This document shows, one piece after another, positions 10,315 through 19,355 of a stretch of 20,000 bases of DNA. The position numbers were made by a program, and so were the translations under genes. The notes under the pieces are model-generated. The model saw nothing but the letters and a program-made list of their open reading frames with translations, had not been told where the DNA came from and made no database searches. Within the stretch, counting starts at the first letter, position 1. Each line of letters starts with the position of its first letter. Source of the stretch: Stramenopiles sp. TOSAG23-2 (lineage: Eukaryota); contig LT649246.1 in NCBI GenBank assembly GCA_900128395.1, positions 44,346 through 64,345 on the forward strand. Reading direction: 5' to 3'.

Positions 10315-10871
10315 CATGGCCATAATTCATTAAAATGTGTGTTTGTGTGTGTGTCTGTGTTTGAAACATCTGAAAAGATATACGACGTAACTGTATGTCA
10401 TACAGTATGACTCATGCCCATATCTAATTTTGTATTTCTATAAATTCATCAATACCTAATTGTCTGATTTTTTTTTTAAGACGACTTTTTCTTCAGAAAT
10501 TCCATCTATTAAAGGTACCTGTTACTATACTAAACACCCTCTATAATATATATAAATCCTGTATTAACCTTAACCTGAAATTCTCACTGTCAAAATTATT
10601 TTATTTACAGGAAAAAAAAAAAAACAGGGAGAAAAAAATATGTCCTTTTATTTACCAGGTAAATAACAACATTAACATATGGTGCTATGCCATAAATATA
10701 ATAAATAATTATAGAAATACATATATATATGTTATATATAATGTATATATAACATATATATATTTAATCACAATTAAACAACTCAAAGTATCATTGAATA
10801 AGGGTAGGTATAATACCTGTATTTTTAATATCGTCATCATTGTAACTTTAATCATAATGTATTATAAGAAA

Positions 10872-11335
10872 ATGAATATAATGCCATTCAAAGCATCATG
10901 GATATTATTACCATCATTTGTATATAATATAATAATAATTATCATATTATTATTATTATTACATACGAATCTTCATGTTGTCGATTCAAGACCATTCCGT
11001 CCACATCAAGGTGTAATGAAATATAAAACAAGAATGTGTTTAAAATGTGATGTTAGTTTAGATTTAGCAAAACAAGCAGAATTATCTGCTGCGGTAACAA
11101 AAGCGAAAATTTACAAAGAGAAGCAGCTCCAAAAGAAAATGTCGTTCAAAGTACAAATGTACCAATAGGAAGAGATTTTTTATTTATTGAAGAAGAAGAA
11201 AAAGCAGAACGACAACAAGAAAAACACTTACCAAAACATGATCCAAATGATCCAAATATAAATAACGATGCAATGGATGAACTATTAAATATAATAAACG
11301 AGTTTAGATATTTTTGCATCAGATCCAATAAGTAG
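10872..11335 (+). pseudogene. Frameshifted ORF for a putative secreted/membrane-anchored protein with a CxxC motif (pseudogene or sequence error)
   Basis: Frame A (ATG at 10857/10872/10881, TAG 11166-11168) encodes a hydrophobic signal-like stretch, then RPFRPHQGVMKYKTRMCLKC. The -1 frame is open 11057-11335 and reads protein-like (ENLQREAAPKENVVQSTNVPIGRDFLFIEEEEKAERQQEKHLPKHDPNDPNINNDAMDELLNIINEF). Confidence 0.45.
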
Positions 11336-11860
11336 CCTAGATCCATGAAAACATATTGCTACACCATAACGTCCATTTTTTTTGTTAACGTTAGATGGTA
11401 ACGCTTCTTTTTTATTATTACTTGTTGCAGATAAATTTACGGGTTTATCTTCTTTATTGATCTTAGTTGATTTTAGTGTCGATTCGCCTGTTTTTGATGA
11501 TTCATAGCTTACTGGATTATGAACTGTGACATTAAATGATACAGTTTTCTTTTCTACTTTTGGTTTTTTAGACATCCAGTACAAATACGAAATGCAATAA
11601 CTTCTTTAGTTTTTACGACGAGCCCGGCTCATGTGGTGTGGTAGTGCCATGGCATCTGCATGGAAAGGCCACGTTTTTTGTTTTCCTCCTTGGCCTATGA
11701 TATTACATGCGATGAGTCTTTGGCTGGAGCAATTTACCCAATCTTTCTAACACACCATACTATTGTACACCATAAGGGAACGGCTCCTGGGATCATGAGG
11801 ATATCATTGAATAATATCTAATTTTTTCGTGTTCCTTGTAGGTTTTCCAGGTAATATTAT
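11285..11860 (-). pseudogene. Degenerate coding remnant, possibly of a PHD-finger protein
   Basis: Minus-strand fragments in three frames give ACNIIGQGG / CRCHG / YHTT*AGLVVKTKEVIAFRICTGCLK, followed by a K/S/N-rich open stretch (11285-11584). There are multiple stops and frameshifts. Confidence 0.3.
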
Positions 11861-12602
11861 ATATCGTTTTCTAAAATGCCAATTTTATTTTTCATATATT
11901 TTTGTAAAAATAGCAAATATCCGAAAATATAGAAAAAATGATGACTATTTCCCCATGGTGAATAGTGTTAAATGTGTACAGTTATGACACGGTTTAGAGT
12001 TTAGAGGGTGCCTAACTTGGTGATTGGATGATTTTGCTTTACAGTAATATCATCAGCAGTTGCAAAGTTTAAGTTGCAAAAGCTACTGCACTACTAATAA
12101 TTGAAAAAATTTAAATTCTAATAGAAAAAATGATGAAAGATATATTATATATATATGGAACTGCACAACTACATAAAATAGATTAATATATAAATTATAT
12201 AATTATATATCCAAGTGGTGGGTGGAGAAAACAAACACCACGTGGTAACAGAGATAGGTTGGTTTTACATAGCGCCATAACGGTTTGCGTTTTGTTTTTT
12301 TGTTTTTTATTTTGTAGAATCAACATATCTAAAGCATTTATATTAATAAATTTTTTCCTAGTAGTTTTATTAATATATACTTGCCGTTTTTAGCCAAGTT
12401 AGCAACTACATTTTTGAACGATATTAATAGTTGCTTTATTAATTATAAAGATATTTTTACATATTGGTTGAAATAGGATTTTTGTTTCGTTTCCCTTCAT
12501 TACATATATATAGATATACGATATATATTTGTTTCTTTATTTTTGCATTTTTCCCCTATATATCGAAACAATATATATTATTTATATTAAAATAAATAAA
12601 AG

Positions 12603-14705
12603 ATGTCAACCAATATAGAACTGCCTGCAGATGTGGAAGAGTTGAAAAAACTTGTTTTAACTTTACAAAAACAACTTGCAGCAGCCGGTGTAGATCCATC
12701 AGCGGCATCGATATCACTAGATAAAGCAAAAGAAATGCTTACAGCCGCATTGACACGTTTAATGGAAGGGGATCAAAAGGCTCAAGGTGAATATGATAAA
12801 TGGGATAAACTTGTTTCGACACATCCTGAGCATTTAGAAGAACAAGAAAAGAAAGAAAAAGAATGGGAAGACGAAATGGAAAAAAAATGTAAAGCAGCAT
12901 TGGAAGAAATGAAAGAAATTATTCCATCGAATATAAAACAAATGAAAAAAGATGAAGTGGAAGGACTTCCAGGGATGCATGCATCGTTGGCAAAAAGGTT
13001 ACTACGGAAAAAAGCACTATGGCTTCTTCACGTACCAACAGAAGATATCTCGAAATATCATGCTGCTGATTTAATGGTAAAATTCTCTATTAACGGTTTG
13101 GACTTTAGGGAATTAAAAGCATTATACGCAGTAGTACCGAAAACAATGGACAATGATGCGGATGGCAGAAAAACGGAATGGCGAATACAATTGAAACGAA
13201 AATTAAGAGAATATAGTGACAAAGAAATAAGTGGCAATTTGCCACAAAGCAAATTGATTAGCCCCGATTATTCAGAGAAAAAGATTACATCCAGAAGGAG
13301 ATCAACTGGTTCAATGAAGAATCCATTTGGCAAAAAAAAAATAGGTGGAACAGGAGGTATGGGAAATTTAGCTGCGATGTTGGAAATGAAATTCAAATCG
13401 AAAGGCATGAAGAATTCTCCTGGTCCATCAAAAACAAAGAAAAATAGTAAAGTAAAAGGCAAATTAGGTGGCATTGCATCTAAACTAGAAGGAAAATTAT
13501 TTAATAAAGGAGGTGGACTACTAGGTGGTAAAATTAAAAATCGCCGTGCATCTATTTCTGGACCAATGACTAGTAATAATAAATTGAAAAGTACAAAACT
13601 AAAAGGAATTGCTAGTGCATTGGAAGGCAAACTATTCAATAAAAGTAACAGTGCTAGCAAAAGCAATAGCATTGGAAAGACGCCTGGAGTCCGGCGCAAA
13701 AGCAAGAAAATGGCTGCATTATCAAGTGCACTTGAAAATACATTATTTAAAAATAAAGGTAGTACTACTGGTAGTAGTAGTAGAAAAAATAATAAAAATA
13801 GCAGCCGTAGTGGTTCCAACGTCGGTAGTTTAAGTGGGAAAAGAACCGCATTTTTGAAAAATAATACTAGTAATGAGAAACGAAAATTGAATGGTAACGA
13901 AGGAACCATAGGGGAATCTGGGCGACGGATAAGTACGGATATAAGAACATCACCAGATGATGTGGCATCTCCAGATTTAATGGATGTTATAAAGAAACAT
14001 AACAAAGTTAAACGTAAAATAATGTTTCCAAGTTCATCATCAGCATCAAATGAAGATGATCTTGATACGAAGAAAGGGGAGGAGGAGGAGGAGGAGGATA
14101 AGGCAGTATCTAACGAAGACGATGACGATAGTATAAAGAAAACAAAAGGAAAAAAATTGAAAGGAGGTGAAAAAGCAACTGTTATTAAAAAAGATGACAT
14201 CGTATTGAATGGAAAGAACGTCGTAGTTGTTTCGAAATATTATGCATATGCCTTTATATTTATCTTTCTACTTATACTTGGAATTTTTATCAAACCGTAT
14301 ATGGTACCATCCAATAATAATAATGCTGTGATATATGACACAGAAAAAAAGAGACAACAAGAGGAAGAGGAAAGGGTTAAAATAGAAATGGAAACAACGC
14401 GAACTGAAAATAAAAAGAAAGTAGAAGAAGAAAAAAAACGTAAGATAGCTGCATCAGCTCCACCAAAGCATAAAATTAAAAAAACTTGCCAAGCGAAAGG
14501 TGGATATGGTGCAGGATGTGTATATACTTCTGATGGTGCTGTATCATTAAATGCTGGAGAAGAAGATGTAACGTTGAAAAAAGATACAAAACCAGATCCA
14601 GAAGCTGTTGCTAGAGCACAAAAAGCTCGACAAGTACAAAATCGAAAATCAAAATATAAGAAATGGCAAGAAGAGAAGAAGAAGAAAAGTGCTACTACTG
14701 CATGA
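12603..14705 (+). CDS. Uncharacterised single-pass membrane protein with N-terminal helical globular domain, K/G/S-rich repeat region and late TM helix
   Basis: 700-aa ORF with typical coding composition. It has an ordered N-terminal ~220 aa (LAKRLLRKKALWLL...GLDFRELKALYAVVP...NDADGRKTEWR), four related repeats at 13362-13760, and a TM segment YYAYAFIFIFLLILGIFI at 14238-14291. Confidence 0.8.
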   Translation: MSTNIELPADVEELKKLVLTLQKQLAAAGVDPSAASISLDKAKEMLTAALTRLMEGDQKAQGEYDKWDKLVSTHPEHLEEQEKKEKEWEDEMEKKCKAALEEMKEIIPSNIKQMKKDEVEGLPGMHASLAKRLLRKKALWLLHVPTEDISKYHAADLMVKFSINGLDFRELKALYAVVPKTMDNDADGRKTEWRIQLKRKLREYSDKEISGNLPQSKLISPDYSEKKITSRRRSTGSMKNPFGKKKIGGTGGMGNLAAMLEMKFKSKGMKNSPGPSKTKKNSKVKGKLGGIASKLEGKLFNKGGGLLGGKIKNRRASISGPMTSNNKLKSTKLKGIASALEGKLFNKSNSASKSNSIGKTPGVRRKSKKMAALSSALENTLFKNKGSTTGSSSRKNNKNSSRSGSNVGSLSGKRTAFLKNNTSNEKRKLNGNEGTIGESGRRISTDIRTSPDDVASPDLMDVIKKHNKVKRKIMFPSSSSASNEDDLDTKKGEEEEEEDKAVSNEDDDDSIKKTKGKKLKGGEKATVIKKDDIVLNGKNVVVVSKYYAYAFIFIFLLILGIFIKPYMVPSNNNNAVIYDTEKKRQQEEEERVKIEMETTRTENKKKVEEEKKRKIAASAPPKHKIKKTCQAKGGYGAGCVYTSDGAVSLNAGEEDVTLKKDTKPDPEAVARAQKARQVQNRKSKYKKWQEEKKKKSATTA

Positions 14706-14913
14706 AGGAGGGAAGGATTGTGTATTGATGGTAGTGAGAGTTTATTTTTATACCAGGTATATTTTAATGTATGATATTTTATTTTTTTATTTTTAAAATT
14801 TGTTTGTATTTATTATGATATATATTCTGATTATACAAGTATGTACGAGCGTAAAAATAAAATATTTTTGTGTACGCACCTGTACACTCTCATCTCAACA
14901 ATACTCTCAACTT

Positions 14914-16683
14914 TTAAATAAATCCATTTTGAACACGAGCACTGCTATGTGTATTCTTTTTCTTCACACCAAGACTTTTATCCAATATCATTTTTTTCGT
15001 TATATGACCTTCTTCATGCAATTCATACCCATGATGCCGTAAATGTTGATCCAAATCTAAAGAGTTGAAATTCCAATCTTTTGCAACATATATAGTTGCT
15101 TCACCAGTTTCAAGTTCGATGGACGAGTACAAAACACCATCGGCTTGATTTATAATTCTACCAACCGCATCAATACATGCCTCGCAACCCATATTATCAA
15201 CAACATATGTTTGCTTTATCGCATTTGATGTCGGTGGCGCAATTGCAGGTCCACCTAATAACTTTAATCCTTCTGGCATATACATCAATAATATTGTTAT
15301 GATAGTATTAATAAACAATCGCTTTTGAATTTGAGTAAAATATGATGTTATTTTCTTCTTATTCTTTGCATCATCTTTTTTTTTATTGTTTTTCGTCGTT
15401 ATCTTACCTTTATTATTATTATTATTTCCTAATGCATGGTACCATAGAACAACCAACCAGGTCAACGTTACAAATCTTAGGTATGGTCGCAATGGTCCTA
15501 AAATGACATTAAAACCAGCACAACCAATATGAACAATATCAAAAACAGAAAGAATGTTCAATCCTAATTGTAACAAGCAACATGATGAGCTTAGAAGTCC
15601 AGCTAATATGCCTGTTGTAAAATGTGATATGCTGGTTGTTGTTGGTGTAGAATCCATAGTCATCTCCGCCACAGTCTTTGCAACACTTGCTATTGCTGTG
15701 GGTTTACTTTTTCTTGTAACAACCTCGTCCTTCTCGTCATCATCCGAGGATAATGCAGTAATTTCATCAGGTCTTATTAATACTTTTTCCACGTTATTAA
15801 TATTTGCACTAAATCCAATATCATTGATTCGGGTGGTAAGTAAAGGTACAGTATTTTCCCACGTATTTGTTTTCACAAATGCTTCTCCAGTTTCTAATAC
15901 CACAGTTGAATGTCCTACAACACCTTTTGTCGACTCAATCGTATTTTTTATTGTTTGCACACACGCTATGCAGTTCATACCTTCAATTTTCAATTTATAC
16001 TCTGATACATTTGCTTTCTCATCTGTATTACTCCTATTTTTTTCTTCCTTCGATGCATTACGGTGATCTTTATATTTTATGTAATAAAACAAAATTTCAG
16101 GTAAAAAGGTCAATGCAGAAGTAACTAAAATGGATATGTATGCACGTAAATATTGTTCCTCTTTTTCAATTGAAAGAAATTGCCATGTTTGTGTTATAGT
16201 AACAATAGAAACGAAAAATGGCCGCATCGGCCCTAACACTGAATTCAACCCAGCACAACCAATGCTAAAACAATTTAATATCAGCTGAAAGGCACAGCAA
16301 CTTGAACTTAAGAGTGATATAATTATCCAAGCTCCTAATTGATGCGAGAAGCTCATTGCTTGATACAATATATAATCATATACGATAGTACACTTTTCTT
16401 TTAAATACCTATTCGTCAAAATTGCTTGTAAGATAAATATATTAAATGTTAACCAATATAAATATTGAGAAAAAAACGTAGATGAAGATACTAAATAATA
16501 TGATTTTTTCTTTTGCTGGTTTGTCACATCATCAGTCGTTCCTTCTTCTTTTTTGTTCTTTTTATCATTTTTCAATTTATTATTCCGTTCCTTATTATTT
16601 CTTGAGGTCGCCCGTGGCCTCTTGCTATTTTTCCGCACTTTCTTCTTCTTCTTTTGCGATGGTTGCTTCTTCCGTGTCTTCAT
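14914..16683 (-). CDS. Heavy-metal transport protein-like: two tandem [MerT/MerF-like membrane module + HMA domain] units
   Basis: 589-aa ORF. Membrane modules are SLLSSSCC...GCAGLNSVLGPMRPFF and GLLSSSCC...GCAGFNVILGPLRPYL. HMA domains are YKLKIEGMNCIACVQTIKNTI...VVLETGEA and YVVDNMGCEACIDAVGRII...IELETGEA. The C-terminus is His-rich. Confidence 0.82.
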   Translation of the reverse strand: MKTRKKQPSQKKKKKVRKNSKRPRATSRNNKERNNKLKNDKKNKKEEGTTDDVTNQQKKKSYYLVSSSTFFSQYLYWLTFNIFILQAILTNRYLKEKCTIVYDYILYQAMSFSHQLGAWIIISLLSSSCCAFQLILNCFSIGCAGLNSVLGPMRPFFVSIVTITQTWQFLSIEKEEQYLRAYISILVTSALTFLPEILFYYIKYKDHRNASKEEKNRSNTDEKANVSEYKLKIEGMNCIACVQTIKNTIESTKGVVGHSTVVLETGEAFVKTNTWENTVPLLTTRINDIGFSANINNVEKVLIRPDEITALSSDDDEKDEVVTRKSKPTAIASVAKTVAEMTMDSTPTTTSISHFTTGILAGLLSSSCCLLQLGLNILSVFDIVHIGCAGFNVILGPLRPYLRFVTLTWLVVLWYHALGNNNNNKGKITTKNNKKKDDAKNKKKITSYFTQIQKRLFINTIITILLMYMPEGLKLLGGPAIAPPTSNAIKQTYVVDNMGCEACIDAVGRIINQADGVLYSSIELETGEATIYVAKDWNFNSLDLDQHLRHHGYELHEEGHITKKMILDKSLGVKKKNTHSSARVQNGFI

Positions 16684-17189
16684 TATTATAAATATTACAT
16701 AAAAAATATTCTTTAAAATTGTTTAATTCCACATTATAACAAACTTTATCGATTATGTATATAATTACATATATTCTTCATTGGTTATTATATATATTTG
16801 ATTGAGGAATAATCTTAATCTTCGATCGAAGAATAACTATGTGCATTTTAATTTTTATAATCAGTGCTATGTCCATGTTAATTGTTAATGTATTATCTGC
16901 GAATTCTATTAAAAAAAAGATAATGTATAGCATGCGAATAGCACCACCACTGTGTGAACCACAGCAGGTAAGACGGTAAGACGCGGAAACGACGACCGAG
17001 ACAAGCACCCAACACACATTGAACTTTCGAAAGAGTATGAAGAAAATATATATACATATATATCGTGAAACCAAAATATAATATACACACACACATATAT
17101 ATATACATAAAAACATAAATTGTACTTATTTATATATATAAAAAAAGAATTGAGCAACCCCACCCCCGCCTCCCTCCCACCTCTTAAAA

Positions 17190-18098
17190 ATGAATATTCG
17201 CGTAGTCGAAGATGTGCCGGAAGTCTTAATTGAATGGATGATCGAATATTTTGATGGCGTAACATTATGTAAATTCATTGAAACTAGTATTTTGAAACAA
17301 ATGAAGTCAAGAAGATTATCAAAACGTTGTTATGAAAAAATATTTAAATTTAAAATACTAAATGGGTTGTATAAAATGATTGGTTGTAAGGATGGTTATA
17401 ATGTATATAAAGTAGAAAAGCGCGATAAGCATCCTTCCGTTGAAAAAGCAGTTTGTGCTGCAAAATGTATTGCAGAAGTTGTAGCAAATTGTGATGGTAT
17501 TGATGATGGGAGATATAAATTTTCATTTCCTTGCGTCGATTGGCCAGGACATACAAACGATACGGATCGTCCAATCGGTTGGTCAACAAAAAAGAAAGTG
17601 AAAATACAAAAAAATGGAGTTCAATACGATGATCCTGAATATGAAAAACCAAAATATGAAATTCAATTATCAAATAGTATAGAATGTAACCCACAATCTA
17701 TCGTTATTCCTTTTGGAATTCCTTTAAGACTAGTTGCATCAAAAACATTAAAAGAAGAATTTCAATATTTAAAATTAAATGCATTGACACTTGCCGGTTC
17801 AAATAATAAATTAAAGTATGTTGAAAATGCAGGCAGGGCAAATGGATGGAATGTTGCTGAAATAATGAGATTACAACGGCATATAGTATCATCAAAAGCA
17901 GGAAAAAATATAATCCAAAGAAGATGTGAACAAGGAAGACGTATACAAGGTATACGAAATATTACACCGGGAATTGTGGACCTACGTGTGAAAAAATACG
18001 ATCTTGATGAAGTTATTTTAGAAGTTGTTGATATACGTCCAGATTATTTCGTTATGGATAGAAGAAGACGATTACTACGGAGGATGTTACGATTATAA
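17190..18098 (+). CDS. Hypothetical protein with weak N-terminal F-box-like segment
   Basis: 302-aa ORF. The N-terminal EDVPEVLIEWMIEYFDGVTLCKFIETS resembles an F-box (LP.E....I..YLD..TL......S). The remainder is not recognised. Confidence 0.6.
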   Translation: MNIRVVEDVPEVLIEWMIEYFDGVTLCKFIETSILKQMKSRRLSKRCYEKIFKFKILNGLYKMIGCKDGYNVYKVEKRDKHPSVEKAVCAAKCIAEVVANCDGIDDGRYKFSFPCVDWPGHTNDTDRPIGWSTKKKVKIQKNGVQYDDPEYEKPKYEIQLSNSIECNPQSIVIPFGIPLRLVASKTLKEEFQYLKLNALTLAGSNNKLKYVENAGRANGWNVAEIMRLQRHIVSSKAGKNIIQRRCEQGRRIQGIRNITPGIVDLRVKKYDLDEVILEVVDIRPDYFVMDRRRRLLRRMLRL

Positions 18099-18369
18099 AA
18101 TATTTTTTAACTCTGAAAATAAATATTAATGGTCAATTTATTATAGTATAGAGTATAGAGTATAGTCGGTCATCTTGTTGCATTAAGTATAAAATTATGT
18201 ACTCTGATAAATATACCCTATATAATAATATAAATATATGATTAAAAAAAATATAGAATTTTAAAGATTTTTCTCCTTTTATTATATATATATCATTTTG
18301 CTTCTGTGTTTCATCATCGATGTAACACAAAAAAAAACAAATTAGTTGGATCGAACGAAAAGCAATTTC

Positions 18370-18828
18370 TTATTGTGATTTCTTAGCTTTTTTTGCAGCT
18401 TTTTTATCTTCGTGTGCTTTTAATGTAACACTGGTCCATCTTGGATTTGCAAAGAACCAGAAATGAACTGTTGCTAGGTAAAACATTAATGCAAAAACAT
18501 ATTGTTGTCGGAAAACAAATTTTCCATCCAATTTATATGCTTGGTATGCAAAGGTAGTAGCCATTGTAAACAATCCTAAGGCTGCTGCTTTACCATTCAT
18601 TGTATTCCATCGAACAATATAAAAGGTTAAACAGCATAAAGTGAGGAAACTCCCCAATATCGCTACCAATGACAACATTTCAGGTGTTGGTGATGAGTCA
18701 AACATTGGTTCCATGGTAAAACCACCAACTTCAATTTTATTAAAGTAAATGTCCGGTTTGAAGAAAGCAATCATCCCAGTTGCAAAGCAAAAATATGCAG
18801 TCTTGTCAGAAAAATCTCCATGCGGCAT
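18370..18828 (-). CDS. Small ~4-TM membrane protein with C-terminal dilysine (KKxx) motif
   Basis: 152-aa ORF with four hydrophobic segments and a Lys-rich tail ending KKSQ*. Confidence 0.75.
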   Translation of the reverse strand: MPHGDFSDKTAYFCFATGMIAFFKPDIYFNKIEVGGFTMEPMFDSSPTPEMLSLVAILGSFLTLCCLTFYIVRWNTMNGKAAALGLFTMATTFAYQAYKLDGKFVFRQQYVFALMFYLATVHFWFFANPRWTSVTLKAHEDKKAAKKAKKSQ

Positions 18829-19154
18829 GTTGTGTATATTTTTTTCTCAATATTATAGTTTAATGTTTGTGTGTGTGTGACGTATTTCTATTATTGATTG
18901 TGTAATTATATTTCTAAATTAAATATGTTCTCTAGCAAGAATCAGTTCTACTATCTATTTTATAAATAACTTTATATTATATTTATTATTTGTTCTACAG
19001 TATGATGAGATATGATGTGAGGCTTCAATCATCAGAAGAACGATGTTTAAGGGAATAGAACAATTGACCTTATCAAAATAGTAAGCACGTAATATCAAAA
19101 TATCAAAATAGCCCTCGTTCCGAGTAGAGCATTCTAGAAGCAAAGGGTGCATAG

Positions 19155-19355
19155 TTTTAGTTTTGAATTATTACATAAAAGCAGGGAGTTCATTAGGTGT
19201 ACACCAAGATGATACCTATCTTTTTTCTCGCCCTATTATATCAATTCGACTTTTTAGTTTTGAATTATTACATAAAAGCAGGGAGTTCATTAGGTGTACA
19301 CCAAGATGATACCTATCTTTTTTCTCGCCCTATTATATCAATTCGACTTTTTAGT
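19155..19355 (+). repeat. Perfect 97-bp tandem duplication bounded by TTTTAGT microhomology
   Basis: 19155-19258 is identical to 19252-19355 (period 97). TTTTAGT is present at the start, junction and end. Confidence 0.95.

Noticed and set aside
11629-11631. In-frame TGA as selenocysteine or an alternative genetic code
   Set aside because: It is surrounded by other stops and frameshifts, and I recognised no SECIS. The intact genes use TAA and TGA as ordinary stops.
11992-12008. Telomere-like GTTTAGAGTTTAGAGGG
   Set aside because: Only two degenerate units, consistent with chance.
13268-16124. Antisense ORFs 13268-14200 (-), 15554-16066 (+) and 15867-16124 (+)
   Set aside because: They lie fully inside better-supported genes on the opposite strand, and their composition is that of shadow frames.
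16778-17265. Short ORFs in AT-rich intergenic regions (also 9126-9491, 14800-15042, 18133-18330, 18955-19152)
   Set aside because: Low-complexity I/Y/F-rich translations of TA-rich or antisense DNA, with no coding signature.
19081-19111. Possible 31-nt GTAAG...ATAG intron upstream of the AlkB fragment (and acceptor-like ttgttctacag at 18990-19000)
   Set aside because: Splicing it does not join any upstream open frame to the AlkB frame (stops are encountered), and the upstream sequence shows no AlkB-like residues.
19197-19251. N-terminus MYTKMIPIFFLALLYQFDF of the listed 164-aa ORF, which looks like a signal peptide
   Set aside because: It is an out-of-frame reading of duplication copy 1 and starts at GTG rather than ATG.
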